From NCBI RefSeq assembly GCF_001194135.2, contig NC_068999.1, forward strand, positions 45,673,325 to 45,714,883: DNA of 41,559 nucleotides, written 5' to 3'. Each line of letters begins with the position of its first letter. Position 1 is the first letter of the stretch. Under the pieces are notes generated by a model. It was given only the letters and a program-made list of their open reading frames with translations, searched no databases and was not told the DNA's origin. This stretch comes from Octopus bimaculoides (taxonomy: Eukaryota). Both the position numbers and the translations under genes were made by a program. Below, one piece after another: positions 1-12,109 of the stretch.

Positions 1-51
<51 letters not shown>

Positions 52-1380
52 GGAAAGAGCAATAGGAGACTGTGATGTTCATGCTTTTCCTAAAAGCGTT
101 ACTAGCAGAAACGATGTTTAATAGCATCAACCAAAGAATTACAAACTATCCACCACTTATTTCCCAGCATCCTCTAGGAGTGTTAAAAGGTTTCTGTAGC
201 TGCTGTGTAAATATTAACATATATTTCCATATCTTAGGATATTTCTGGAAGGAGAAAAAAAAAATAAAATAAAGTGAAATAAAATAAAATAAAACATTAC
301 TTTGTTCTTTTATATCTGTATTTTATTTTAAAGCTTTAGCAATTCCCCCAAACCCCACCACCACCGCCGCACCCCATTTACTTATGACATTAATGGAGTA
401 CAATGTTTAAGAGACCTTCTGGTTCACCACAGCGGTGTGTATAAAATATTGACGATATCGACAGCCTTCAGAAATGGATATAGTAAATCCAATAACAGAG
501 GTTCTTGTAAGCAGAATCTGAGCCACACACACACACACACAGAATTATATTTCCAAATTTCCACAAAAGCTTTATATTTAGTGAAAAACTCTAATTTCAT
601 TGAAATATTCTCAAATATAGTTTAGTTTTGTCTGTTCAGCTTTTTGTTGGTTTATTTTCGTTTTTACCGTAAGGATTACACAAAGAAGGAAGTTTGTTTT
701 GTCTTGTAATTAAATTACAAAATATTTGTATGTATTTAAATTTTCGTTTAAGGCTAAAACTGTTGGATTATTCCATGTTGACACGTTGTCCATCAATACC
801 TGCAAATTTGAAGTAATTTTTTTGTGTGTTCTATTTTTTCATGCTTTAAAAAATTTTTTATCAGATGAAAAAGAAAAAGAACTTTGTGGCATTACGTTCT
901 AAAAAAACAAACCAAATAGGTTTATTTATTTGTGTTATTTGTGTTATTTCATTACTGATTTTACTTTGTTAATAAAGAAATATTGGTTCTTTAGGTTTGG
1001 CCAGAGAAATTGGAGATCCATTTAACAATATTTGCCTCTTTTGGCTTTTCCGTTTCTTCTCATAACCTTCTCTTCTCTCTTTTCAATATAATTTTGGTAT
1101 TAGAAGTCTCTGGAAGCCAGAAGAAAGTCTTCACTAACATCAATATTAGCATCTTTTAAAAGGTGAAGAATGTCATTGAATATATCTTTTTCCTCATCAT
1201 CATCATCATCATCATCATCACTATCATTATTTTTCACCGTCGTCACCACCATCACCACCTCCATTACCATTGAATTCTTCATGCAGAATGGGTTGATCAG
1301 ACCATCAGTTCTTATTGGGAGTCAGTGTTTTCTCCAAGATGGATTCGGAACCACACCTAATTCATGCACTCCTAATTTTT

Positions 1381-1424
1381 GGCATGGTTTCTAAGGCTGC
1401 ATGTCCTTCCTAGCACCAACCATT
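1381..1424 (-). mobile_element. Family A/A2 fragment, inverted relative to the 1515-1802 copy
   Basis: GGTTTCTAAGGCTGCATGTCCTTCCTAGCACCAACCA is the decayed reverse complement of the AGGAAGGGCATCC block. Confidence 0.65.
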
Positions 1425-1514
1425 TCAGTGCACTAGATGCACTTTATCATGGCGCCAACACTAGAGAGCCATCTACGTATTTGCGTTGGTGCATGTGTGT
1501 ATTAAACTCCTTAC

Positions 1515-1743
1515 ACTGGTGTACCACGTAAACAGTATCCCTGCTGGTGGTCATGGAAAAGGTACCCATGCTGACGCCACATGAAAACCACCCAATATAT
1601 GTTGTGCAAAGTGGTTGGCATTAGGAAGGGCATCCAGCCATGGCAACCATGCCAAAACAGACTATGGAACTTGGTGTAGCCTCTGGCGTTGCCAGGAACT
1701 GTCAAACCATCCAACTCATGCCAGCATGGAAAATGGACATTAA

Positions 1744-1802
<59 letters not shown>
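1515..1802 (+). mobile_element. Family A (GAT)n-tailed non-autonomous retroelement, decayed
   Basis: GTGGTTGGCATTAGGAAGGGCATCCAGC ... GCCAGCATGGAAAATGGACATTAAATGATGAT. Confidence 0.8.
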
Positions 1803-1971
1803 AGTGTGGTGGTGGTGGTGGTGGTGGTGGTGGTGGTGGTGATGATATAAAAGACCTCAATTCTNNNNNNNNNNNNNNNNNNNNNNNNNNNNNNNNNNNN
1901 NNNNNNNNNNNNNNNNNNNNNNNNNNNNNNNNNNNNNNNNNNNNNNNNNNNNNNNNNNNNNNNNNNNNNNN

Positions 1972-2075
1972 ATGGGTTCAGCTATAGCTGGTTCAATTCC
2001 CCTGTACAGCAGCATTTTGGGCCAAACTTATGCTTTGCGTGTGAATTTGGTACACGGAAACTGTATAAAGCCCAT

Positions 2076-2120
<45 letters not shown>

Positions 2121-2215
2121 ATATGTCTTTGTCTCCCCATTGCTTGACATCCAGTGTTGGTTCGTTTGCATCTCTGTAACTTAATGGTTCAGCACAAGCG
2201 ACCAATAGGAATGCT
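1972..2215 (+). mobile_element. Family B tRNA-derived SINE, decayed, with internal (TG)n
   Basis: GTGAATTTGGTACACGGAAACTG..AAGCCC + (TG)n + GCTTGAC...GTAACTTAATGGTTCAGCA homologous to other B copies. Confidence 0.7.
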
Positions 2216-2667
2216 TAGTGGTATTTCGTCTGTTTTTGAATGAGATGAAAAAAAAATTATGTTAAAGATCGAAATAAATCCAAGCAAGATTTGAACCCAG
2301 AACAGCAAGGTTTGTGATTAGACAGTAGATACATAGAGTAAAAGAAACCCGAGGCGGTGTACTACCATGTCTATATACTTCTATAGTCGACCAATTCTAA
2401 ATGAATAAGAACACATATATATATTATCATAGACCTCAATAGAAGATATTGATTTTCAATTTCAGTAATGAACCTACAGAATATATGTCTTTATTAATCT
2501 TGTAAGTTTTCATTTTGTGAATGATATTAAATTGTTTTTCCAATATTCAACTTAAAAATAACCTCTAGAAACTTTCTCGTTTGAATGTTTTCAGTTTAAA
2601 ATGGAAACTCAATTATTTCCTATTTTCTATCGGGGGGGAACATTCCTGAAGAATATAGTTAGTTAAG

Positions 2668-2710
<43 letters not shown>

Positions 2711-2770
2711 CAGACATCTCTTAATATATGATTCCACAAACATATGTTGGTGCTAATATTTTCTTCTCGT

Positions 2771-3019
2771 AAGGTGGCATGCTGGCAGAAACGTTAGCAC
2801 ACCGGGTGAAATGCTTAACGGTATTTTGTCTGTCTTTATGCTCTGAGTTCAAATTCCACCGAGGTCGACTTTACCTTTCATCCTTTTGGGGTCAATAAAT
2901 TAAGTACCAGTTGCATACTGGGATCGATCTAATCGATGTAATCAACTAGTCGCCTCCTAACAAATTTCAGGCCTTGTGCCTTTAGTAGAAAGGATTATTT
3001 TTATTATTATTATTATTAT
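2771..3019 (+). mobile_element. tRNA-derived SINE, working family C (tail subtype 1), (TTA)n tail
   Basis: AAGGTGGCATGCTGGCAGAA head, GAGTTCAAATTCC B-box, GAGGTCGACTTTACCTTTCATCC core, TAGTAGAAAGGATTATT tail; homologous to 3365, 14681 and 36765. Confidence 0.85.
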
Positions 3020-3364
3020 ATGTTTGACTTTTGCTTAGTATTTGTACAAGCTGTCTCCAAGTCTCGCCCTGAGATCTCATGAGACAACAAGTTAGACGTT
3101 CATGTAAGTGTTATGCCCAGGGTGCCATATATTTGGTTTTGTACATAGTGTTATTCTAGAGAATGTTTAAAAAAAACATAAGAAAATTATAAGTTTGTTT
3201 TAAAATTTGAGATTATATAGACAGTATTTTACGTAGGATATAGGCACTATCTTTTGAATTTCAGTCATATTGGGGTTTCCTGATATCTGTGCTAGGTAGC
3301 AATCGGCCCCTTTTGCTATCATTTGCTATTGTTTTATATGAGCTGTTTCACATCCCAAACAGAG

Positions 3365-3563
3365 ACACACCAGGAATGCTTAGCAAAATTTCATCCATCC
3401 ATCTTTATGTTCTGAGTTCAAATTCTGCCAAAATCAGTTTTGCCTTTCATCCTTTTGCGATCAACAAATTAAGTATCAGTGAAACACTGGGGTTGATGTA
3501 ATCAACTAGTCCCCTCCCCTACAATTTCAGGTCTTGTGCCTATAGTAGAAAGGATTATTATTA
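3365..3563 (+). mobile_element. Family C SINE, 5'-decayed copy (tail subtype 1)
   Basis: GAGTTCAAATTC, GCCTTTCATCC, AATTTCAGGTCTTGTGCCTATAGTAGAAAGGATTATT. Confidence 0.8.
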
Positions 3564-4726
3564 CCATTTTTTTTTTGTATCATGTATTCTTTCAGCATTT
3601 TTCAAAATCATTCCAATCTCTATGAACCCCACCACTTTATGCCATGCTTTCTATTGTCCCCTCGTCTGTCACCCTGATGGCAAATAAAAGATATTATTGT
3701 TATTATTAGTATTTATCTTACCAAAAAGAAAAAAAAAAAAAAGTTGACCCATACATTTATCTGGGTGGATGTTATGAATTAGTCTGGCACAGTTTCCTAA
3801 CTAAACATCTCAACTTTCAATTCTGTTCCACCCATGATAAAGAAAATCTTGTATTCTTCCTCTCACTCCTGAGCCAGGAAAGATGTTGACACATGTACCA
3901 ACATGAAGCAGGCCAGAGGGTTGGTGAAATATTCTGGTATCTGTTTATGTTATTATTCCACTCCATCGTTAGATATGGGTATTGTTGATTCAACTGTTTA
4001 ACAGAGTTCCCAAATACGATTAGTAGCGACATTTTGGGGATGTCATTAATGTAAAGCATAGTAAAATAAGATAATTGGGTACGTGTGTGTGTGTGTGCTA
4101 AGTCAAGTTCATATCCATATTGCTTTCGGTGGCCTGAAGACTCACAAGACGAGTGACCAGGTGAAGTGAATGAATTGTAAACATTGGTGAATTGCAATGA
4201 TAGTAATGTGAGTTGATTGTCTAATTGGTTGGAATATATTTTTTTTTGTTTTTTTGGTCCTCTTGTTGACCACTCATACACCATCTTCAACAGGAGCGTC
4301 CATCATATATATATATATATATATATATANNNNNNNNNNNNNNNNNNNNNNNNNNNNNNNNNNNNNNNNNNNNNNNNNNNNNNNNNNNNNNNNNNNNNNN
4401 NNNNNNNNNNNNNNNNNNNNNNNNNNNNNNNNNNNNNNNNNNNNNNNNNNNNNNNNNNNNNNNNNNNNNNNNNNNNNNNNNNNNNNNNNNNNNNNNNNNN
4501 NNNNNNNNNNNNNNNNNNNNNNNNNNNNNNNNNNNNNNNNNNNNNNNNNNNNNNNNNNNNNNNNNNNNNNNNNNNNNNNNNNNNNNNNNNNNNNNNNNNN
4601 NNNNNNNNNNNNNNNNNNNNNNNNNNNNNNNNNNNNNNNNNNNNNNNNNNNNNNNNNNNNNNNNNNNNNNNNNNNNNNNNNNNNNNNNNNNNNNNNNNTA
4701 TATATATATATATATATGTATATATA

Positions 4727-4885
4727 TACGAGGATGAGTCAAAAAGTAATGCCATTTTGTTTAGGACAGGTATAATTACCAACACAGGAACATGTATCAT
4801 ACATCAAAATGAAGCTGGTCCTCTGTGGATCACATCCCTACTCCTCAGCATAGTCACCGTTTCTCCCAATAGCAATGTTCCACCA
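4727..4885 (-). mobile_element. Mariner transposon 3' end (transposase C-terminus plus TIR)
   Basis: TA|CGAGGATGAGTCAAAAAGTAA terminus inside a (TA)n tract. Minus strand 4885-4838 reads WWNIAIGRNGDYAEE*, matching the mariner C-terminal RWxxCIxxxGDYxE motif. Confidence 0.8.
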
Positions 4886-5112
4886 TGTGGTTGAGAAGCA
4901 AGCTTCTTACCACTGCAAGTGAAACATCTGGCTGAGCGTCTTGAATCATTCGATTAATAAATAATATTTACTCTTCATGTTTAACACCATCGTGATCCTT
5001 TTGAGAGTGGTTTCTAGTTAATAATATATATATTTAATTATATATAGGCATGCATGTATGTGTATTCACACACACACACACATATCTATCTATCTATATA
5101 TATATCTATCTA

Positions 5113-5161
<49 letters not shown>

Positions 5162-5637
5162 NNNNNNNNNNAGAGAGAGAGAGAGAGAGAGAGAAAGATA
5201 GAGGGCATATATGCAAGTATATTTATATCTCTGTATGGGGGTGAAGATAATATTTCTATTTCTATTTCTTATCAAATAAATCTTGAAAATAAATAAATAA
5301 TCTTTGAACTTTATGACATTCCAGTGAAGAAGTTTGATCTTAATTTCTTCTGTTAATATATCACATATCCCTTTTCAAATAGCATATTTAATAAATGTTC
5401 TTATGAACACACTGGATGTATTTCGCATATACTCCACTGCTGTGTTCTGTTCTATGAAGAATTCTGTTTAGTAGAAAGAGTGGCAGTGGTAGGTGGGGGG
5501 ACAAGTAACTCTAGTATAATGTGTAACAGCTGCGATCAAGCTGAAGTTACCAAATTATAGATCAGTCTCAGAATCTGTCTTGCTCGGCAATCCATGAATT
5601 CATATATTTGATGAGAAATTTTCATACACAGACATAT

Positions 5638-5673
<36 letters not shown>

Positions 5674-5700
5674 ACACACATACATCCTATATATATATTA

Positions 5701-5900
5701 TTTTATTCTTTTGCTGTGGCCATGCTGTAGCACCGTCTTGAAGGGTCTTGGTCAAACAAATCGACCCCAGGGCTTATTTTTTTTTAAAGCCTACTACTTG
5801 TTCTATTGGACTCCTTTGCCGAACTGCTAGGTTACAGCGACATAAACACACCAACAGGTGGTGATGGAAGGACAAATACAGACACAAAGACACACGCATG

Positions 5901-5944
<44 letters not shown>

Positions 5945-6077
5945 CACATACATACATACATACATACATACATACAGATAAATGCGACGGGCTTCTTTCA
6001 GTTTCCATCTACCAAATCCACTCACAAGGCTTTGGTTGGCCCAAGGTTATAGTAGAAGATTTTTACCCAAAGTACCA
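5701..6077 (-). mobile_element. Family B SINE, 5' end replaced by a family A element
   Basis: TGTGGCCATGCTG.AGCACC, CGACCCCAGG, internal (CATA)n/(CA)n, GGGCTTCTTTCAGTTTCCATCTACCAAATCCACTCACAAGGC. Confidence 0.85.
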
Positions 6078-6078
6078 A

Positions 6079-6399
6079 AACATTCAAGCGAGGTTGTTGC
6101 CAGTGCCGCTGGACTGACTCCTGTACAGGTGGCACATAAAAAACACCATTGCCAGAACCACCAGACTGGCCTTCGTGCCGGTGGCATGTAAAAAGCACCG
6201 ACTACACTCTTGGAGTGGTTGGCATTTGGAAGGGCATCCAGCTGTAGAAACTCTGCCAGATCAGATTGGAGCCTGGTGCAGCCTTCTGGCTTGCCAGTCC
6301 TCAGTCAAATCGTCCAACCCAGCTAGCATGGAAAGTGGACATTAAATGATGATGATGACGATGATGATGATGATGACGATGATGATGATGATGATGATG
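6079..6399 (+). mobile_element. Family A element with two 5' tandem units and a (GAT)n tail
   Basis: Units ending GGTGGCACATAAAAAACACC and GGTGGCATGTAAAAAGCACC; GGAAGGGCATCCAGCTGTAGAAACTCTGCC; GCATGGAAAGTGGACATTAAATGATGAT. Confidence 0.92.
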
Positions 6400-6432
6400 T
6401 ACGTATGTATATATATGTGTGTATGTATATGT

Positions 6433-6631
6433 ATTTTATCCTTTTCCTTGTTTCACTAATTAGACTGTAGCCATGCTGGAGCACTGCTTTGAAGAATTTT
6501 TGGTCAAATGAATTGACCCCACCGCCTTTCTTTTTCTTAAGCCTGGTTCTTATTTTATCGATCTGTTTTGCTGAACTGCTAAGTTACAGGGATGTAAACA
6601 TACCAACATCAGTTGTCGAGCAATGGTGGGG
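6433..6631 (-). mobile_element. Family B SINE 3' half, running into a gap
   Basis: GCCATGCTGGAGCAC, CTGAACTGCTAAGTTACAGGGATGTAAACA. Confidence 0.8.
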
Positions 6632-7587
6632 NNNNNNNNNNNNNNNNNNNNNNNNNNNNNNNNNNNNNNNNNNNNNNNNNNNNNNNNNNNNNNNNNNNNN
6701 NNNNNNNNNNNNNNNNNNNNNNNNNNNNNNNNNNNNNNNNNNNNNNNNNNNNNNNNNNNNNNNNNNNNNNNNNNNNNNNNNNNNNNNNNNNNNNNNNNNN
6801 NNNNNNNNNNNNNNNNNNNNNNNNNNNNNNNNNNNNNNNNNNNNNNNNNNNNNNNNNNNNNNNNNNNNNNNNNNNNNNNNNNNNNNNNNNNNNNNNNNNN
6901 NNNNNNNNNNNNNNNNNNNNNNNNNNNNNNNNNNNNNNNNNNNNNNNNNNNNNNNNNNNNNNNNNNNNNNNNNNNNNNNNNNNNNNNNNNNNNNNNNNNN
7001 NNNNNNNNNNNNNNNNNNNNNNNNNNNNNNNNNNNNNNNNNNNNNNNNNNNNNNNNNNNNNNNNNNNNNNNNNNNNNNNNNNNNNNNNNNNNNNNNNNNN
7101 NNNNNNNNNNNNNNNNNNNNNNNNNNNNNNNNNNNNNNNNNNNNNNNNNNNNNNNNNNNNNNNNNNNNNNNNNNNNNNNNNNNNNNNNNNNNNNNNNNNN
7201 NNNNNNNNNNNNNNNNNNNNNNNNNNNNNNNNNNNNNNNNNNNNNNNNNNNNNNNNNNNNNNNNNNNNNNNNNNNNNNNNNNNNNNNNNNNNNNNNNNNN
7301 NNNNNNNNNNNNNNNNNNNNNNNNNNNNNNNNNNNNNNNNNNNNNNNNNNNNNNNNNNNNNNNNNNNNNNNNNNNNNNNNNNNNNNNNNNNNNNNNNNNN
7401 NNNNNNNNNNNNNNNNNNNNNNNNNNNNNNNNNNNNNNNNNNNNNNNNNNNNNNNNNNNNNNNNNNNNNNNNNNNNNNNNNNNNNNNNNNNNNNNNNNNN
7501 NNNNNNNNNNNNNNNNNNNNNNNNNNNNNNNNNNNNNNNNNNNNNNNNNNNNNNNNNNNNNNNNNNNNNNNNNNNNNNNNNNNNNNN

Positions 7588-7808
7588 GACACCATTTCGA
7601 GCGTGGCCGTTTTCGTGCGGGTGACACGTAAAAGCACCCACTACACTCTCTGAGTGGTTGGCGTTAGGAAGGGCATCCAGCTGTAGAAACTCTGCCAAAT
7701 CAGACTGGAGCCTGGTGTTGCCATCCGGTTTCACCAGTCCTCAGTCAAATCATCCAACCCATGCTAGCATGGAAAGCGGACGTTAAACGATGATGATGAT
7801 GATGATGA
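7588..7808 (+). mobile_element. Family A element
   Basis: Same conserved blocks and a (GAT)n tail; starts at the gap edge. Confidence 0.92.
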
Positions 7809-8214
7809 TATATATATATATATTATAATGGGGCAGGCTGGTTTATATACATAAACATTTATACATACATATCTATACACACACACACATATGCATATAC
7901 ATACATGCACATGCATACACACACGTGTGTATGTATGTTTCTAACTTTAATTATATGTTGTCTGTATATTAAAAAAATGTTTTTCCTTCCTGTATCTGTA
8001 AAACTGTATATAATAAATCTTCTTATATTTTTATAGATTTCTGTAACATTGATTATAATTTTCACTGCTTGGATTATGTTAATCTATCATGTTTTTGTGA
8101 AACCCGCCAAAATCCAGAATGATATTCTATTTTAATTTGTTATGAGAAAACTTTGGTTTTATTTTATTTTCTGTATTTGAAAATATCCTTCTACGCATAT
8201 CTTTCCATGTATGT

Positions 8215-9765
8215 ACATTGTTGGTCTGTGTGTGTGTGTGTGTATAATTGTGTATTGGTGTATGTATATGTGTGGGTTGTTTGTGTATATGTATGTTTAA
8301 TGTTTGTGTGTGTATGTTTGTATATGTGTGTCAAATGTTTGTAGATGTATATGTGTATAGGTGTATTTAATGTTTGTGTATGTATATGTGTATATGTGTA
8401 TATAATGTTTGTGTATGTATATGTGTATTTGTGTGTCAAATGTTTGTGTATGTATACGTGTGTTTAATGTTTGTGTATGTGTATATGTCTGTTGAATGTT
8501 TGTGTATGAATATGTGATATATAATGTTTGTGTATGTATATATGTATACGTGTGTTAAATGTTTACATGTGTAGGTGTATATAATGTTTGTGTATGGGTA
8601 TGTGTATGCNNNNNNNNNNNNNNNNNNNNNNNNNNNNNNNNNNNNNNNNNNNNNNNNNNNNNNNNNNNNNNNNNNNNNNNNNNNNNNNNNNNNNNNNNNN
8701 NNNNNNNNNNNNNNNNNNNNNNNNNNNNNNNNNNNNNNNNNNNNNNNNNNNNNNNNNNNNNNNNNNNNNNNNNNNNNNNNNNNNNNNNNNNNNNNNNNNN
8801 NNNNNNNNNNNNNNNNNNNNNNNNNNNNNNNNNNNNNNNNNNNNNNNNNNNNNNNNNNNNNNNNNNNNNNNNNNNNNNNNNNNNNNNNNNNNNNNNNNNN
8901 NNNNNNNNNNNNNNNNNNNNNNNNNNNNNNNNNNNNNNNNNNNNNNNNNNNNNNNNNNNNNNNNNNNNNNNNNNNNNNNNNNNNNNNNNNNNNNNNNNNN
9001 NNNNNNNNNNNNNNNNNNNNNNNNNNNNNNNNNNNNNNNNNNNNNNNNNNNNNNNNNNNNNNNNNNNNNNNNNNNNNNNNNNNNNNNNNNNNNNNNNNNN
9101 NNNNNNNNNNNNNNNNNNNNNNNNNNNNNNNNNNNNNNNNNNNNNNNNNNNNNNNNNNNNNNNNNNNNNNNNNNTGTGTATATGTAAACATACATGTGTG
9201 TGTGTGTGTTTATGTTTCTACACATGATTGTGTTCATACATTTGAGTATGTGTAAGTATATACGATTATACATGCTCCCATGTGTATACTCACATGGGTT
9301 TCTCTTTGTGCACACATGTATAAGTGTACACATGTGGGTATGTATGTATGCAGATGTGTATCTATACATGTATATATGTATGCACATGTGTATGTATTTA
9401 TATATATATGTGTGTGTATGTATGCATATGTATATATGTATGCATGTGTGTATGTATGTACATATATATGTATATATATGTGTGTATGTATGTATGCATG
9501 TTTATGTATATATGTATACATGTGTGTATGTATGTATACACATGTATATATATATGTGTGTGGATATATGTATGCACATGTGTACATATATATGTGTACA
9601 TGTCTGTGTGTGCTTGCGTGTGTGTGTGTGTATCTATGGACATATGTATATATATGTGTATGTATGCATGTGTATATATATATGTATACATGTATATATA
9701 TGTGTGTGTGTATGTATGCACATGTGTACATATATATGTATACATGTGTGTGTGTGTGTGTGTGA
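8215..9765. repeat. Long degenerate TG/TA satellite with a recurring AATGTTTGTGTA anchor, split by gap 8610-9174
   Basis: Direct inspection. Confidence 0.9.
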
Positions 9766-9861
9766 ATGCATTTATGCAAATGTTGAGTGCTATTTTCTGC
9801 CATTGTAAAAATATAATTCAAATGAGTTGTAAAGAAATCAATAAGGATTGATTGCAAAACA

Positions 9862-10030
9862 TTGAGACGACGAGTGTATTGGCTTCGGAGCGATCATGAG
9901 AAGAGGCAGATGATTCATGTTAGGCAGAGAAAGTGTTACGTACCAGAACTTGGGGTTGGGGACAGGAAAATCAGAGGAAGGGGTCGAGGCAGAATAGAAA
10001 CTCGCTCCCTCCAAGATGAAGCCTTGAGAT
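9862..10030 (+). mobile_element. Possible decayed RTE-clade LINE ORF2 C-terminal fragment
   Basis: Frameshifted reading LRRRVYW / FGAIMRR ... GDRKIRGRGRGR resembles the RTE C-terminal LRWFGHVxRR...KRxRGRP motif; weak and by eye only. Confidence 0.4.
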
Positions 10031-10121
10031 AAGTGCTTTTGACAGAGTTTCAGGGAGAAATTATTCTGTTGACTCATTCAGCTTATAAAACAGAAGCCAT
10101 GGGAAAAGGCTTAAGTACAGG

Positions 10122-10236
10122 CATAGTTTCTGTGGTTAAAGACGTTCACTTTGTAGCCAAGTGGTTTCAGGTTCAATCCCGCTGCAGGTTCAATCCCTCA
10201 GGTGAGTGTTTTCCATGGTTGGCCTGGGTTGAACAA
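10122..10236 (+). mobile_element. Decayed family B-like SINE head with a doubled B-box
   Basis: CAGGTTCAATCCC occurs twice (10168-10180, 10186-10198) after a TGTGGTTAA A-box-like segment. Confidence 0.5.
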
Positions 10237-10254
10237 TGATAATTCTTTTTTATC

Positions 10255-10725
<471 letters not shown>

Positions 10726-11061
10726 ACAATAATTTTTTTTTGTTTTTTGTTTTTGTAAATGAATAAATTGATTTCAGGTTATATCTTGACTTAGTACGGC
10801 TTCCACTTTCATGAGTCAGTATGGAGTTAGATTAGTAAAATTAGGTCACAAAGACGACCACCTCACCTTTCCAAACATGCGTTTTTACCTTTATCGCATG
10901 TGTTCTTGCATTGGCATATCTAATCAATGAAGTATTTTTACGGTATTTGTCAATAAGCTGAGACATTGAGATAACAGCAAGAGAAATAATACAGCCACAA
11001 CAGTGCTGCAATCGATCAACAGTGTACTAGTTTGCATAGGTATTTATTTAGCTTCCTACAT

Positions 11062-11107
<46 letters not shown>

Positions 11108-11290
11108 AATTATTATTATAAGCTGTTGTAAAACTTTAAAATCTTCGTTCTAAAACAAGTAGTTTTCATTTTGAAGATAGTGACAAGTTTATTAAAGAAA
11201 GTGAAAAAAGAATGTTTCCGTACTTTATTGACAAGCTGACAGGTATTATATAAATTTATATATATATATACATACATACATATATGTGTG

Positions 11291-11339
<49 letters not shown>

Positions 11340-11769
11340 ATATATATATATGTATATATATATATGTATATGTATATTTATATATGTATGTATATAAATG
11401 TTGTATGTATGTATGTATGTATATGCATGTGTATTCTGCTTATTTCTGCATTTTGAGAACATTAAATTATGATAGTATCTGAAATAAAATTTAAAAGTTT
11501 ACAATTTACTAACTGTTAATCAGATTGCTTTTTAAAATTTTGTATGGAAACTCTGCAGATACTTGTCAATTACATAAATACATACATACATGCATGCACA
11601 CACATAAATATTTTCGAAATATAATATTGTAAATTTAGTCTCATAACAAGCAATTCTTGTTACCATGTTAGTAAATTGCTTCACATTGAAGAAGATTGCA
11701 GTTCTAATTTGACTATCTTCAGACATGACTAAATGTAAAGCTATAGGCTGGGCTTTCATACATACATGC

Positions 11770-11919
11770 ATCATCATCATCATCATTGTTTAACGTCTGC
11801 TTTCCATGCTAGCATGGGTTGGACGATTTGACTAAGGACTGGTGAACCAGATGGCTACACCAGGCTCCAATCTGATCTGACAGAGTTTCTACAGCTGGAT
11901 GCCCTTCCTAACGCCAACC
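11770..11919 (-). mobile_element. Family A element 3' part
   Basis: (CAT)n + TTTAACGTCTGCTTTCCATGCTAGCATGGG...GGATGCCCTTCCTAACGCCAACC. Confidence 0.9.
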
Positions 11920-12109
11920 NNNNNNNNNNNNNNNNNNNNNNNNNNNNNNNNNNNNNNNNNNNNNNNNNNNNNNNNNNNNNNNNNNNNNNNNNNNNNNNNN
12001 NNNNNNNNNNNNNNNNNNNNNNNNNNNNNNNNNNNNNNNNNNNNNNNNNNNNNNNNNNNNNNNNNNNNNNNNNNNNNNNNNNNTATATATATGTCTATAT
12101 ATCCTTTCA

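Noticed and set aside
2671-2707. 37-nt poly(A) suggesting a processed retrocopy tail
   Set aside because: No upstream polyadenylation signal, coding relic or target-site duplication could be identified
3817-4290. 157-aa minus-strand ORF with an RT-like LYINDIP motif and an RTE-like KMVYEWSTRGP motif
   Set aside because: No (Y/F)ADD follows, the motifs are not in LINE order and a (CA)n tract interrupts the frame; at best an unrecognisable TE relic
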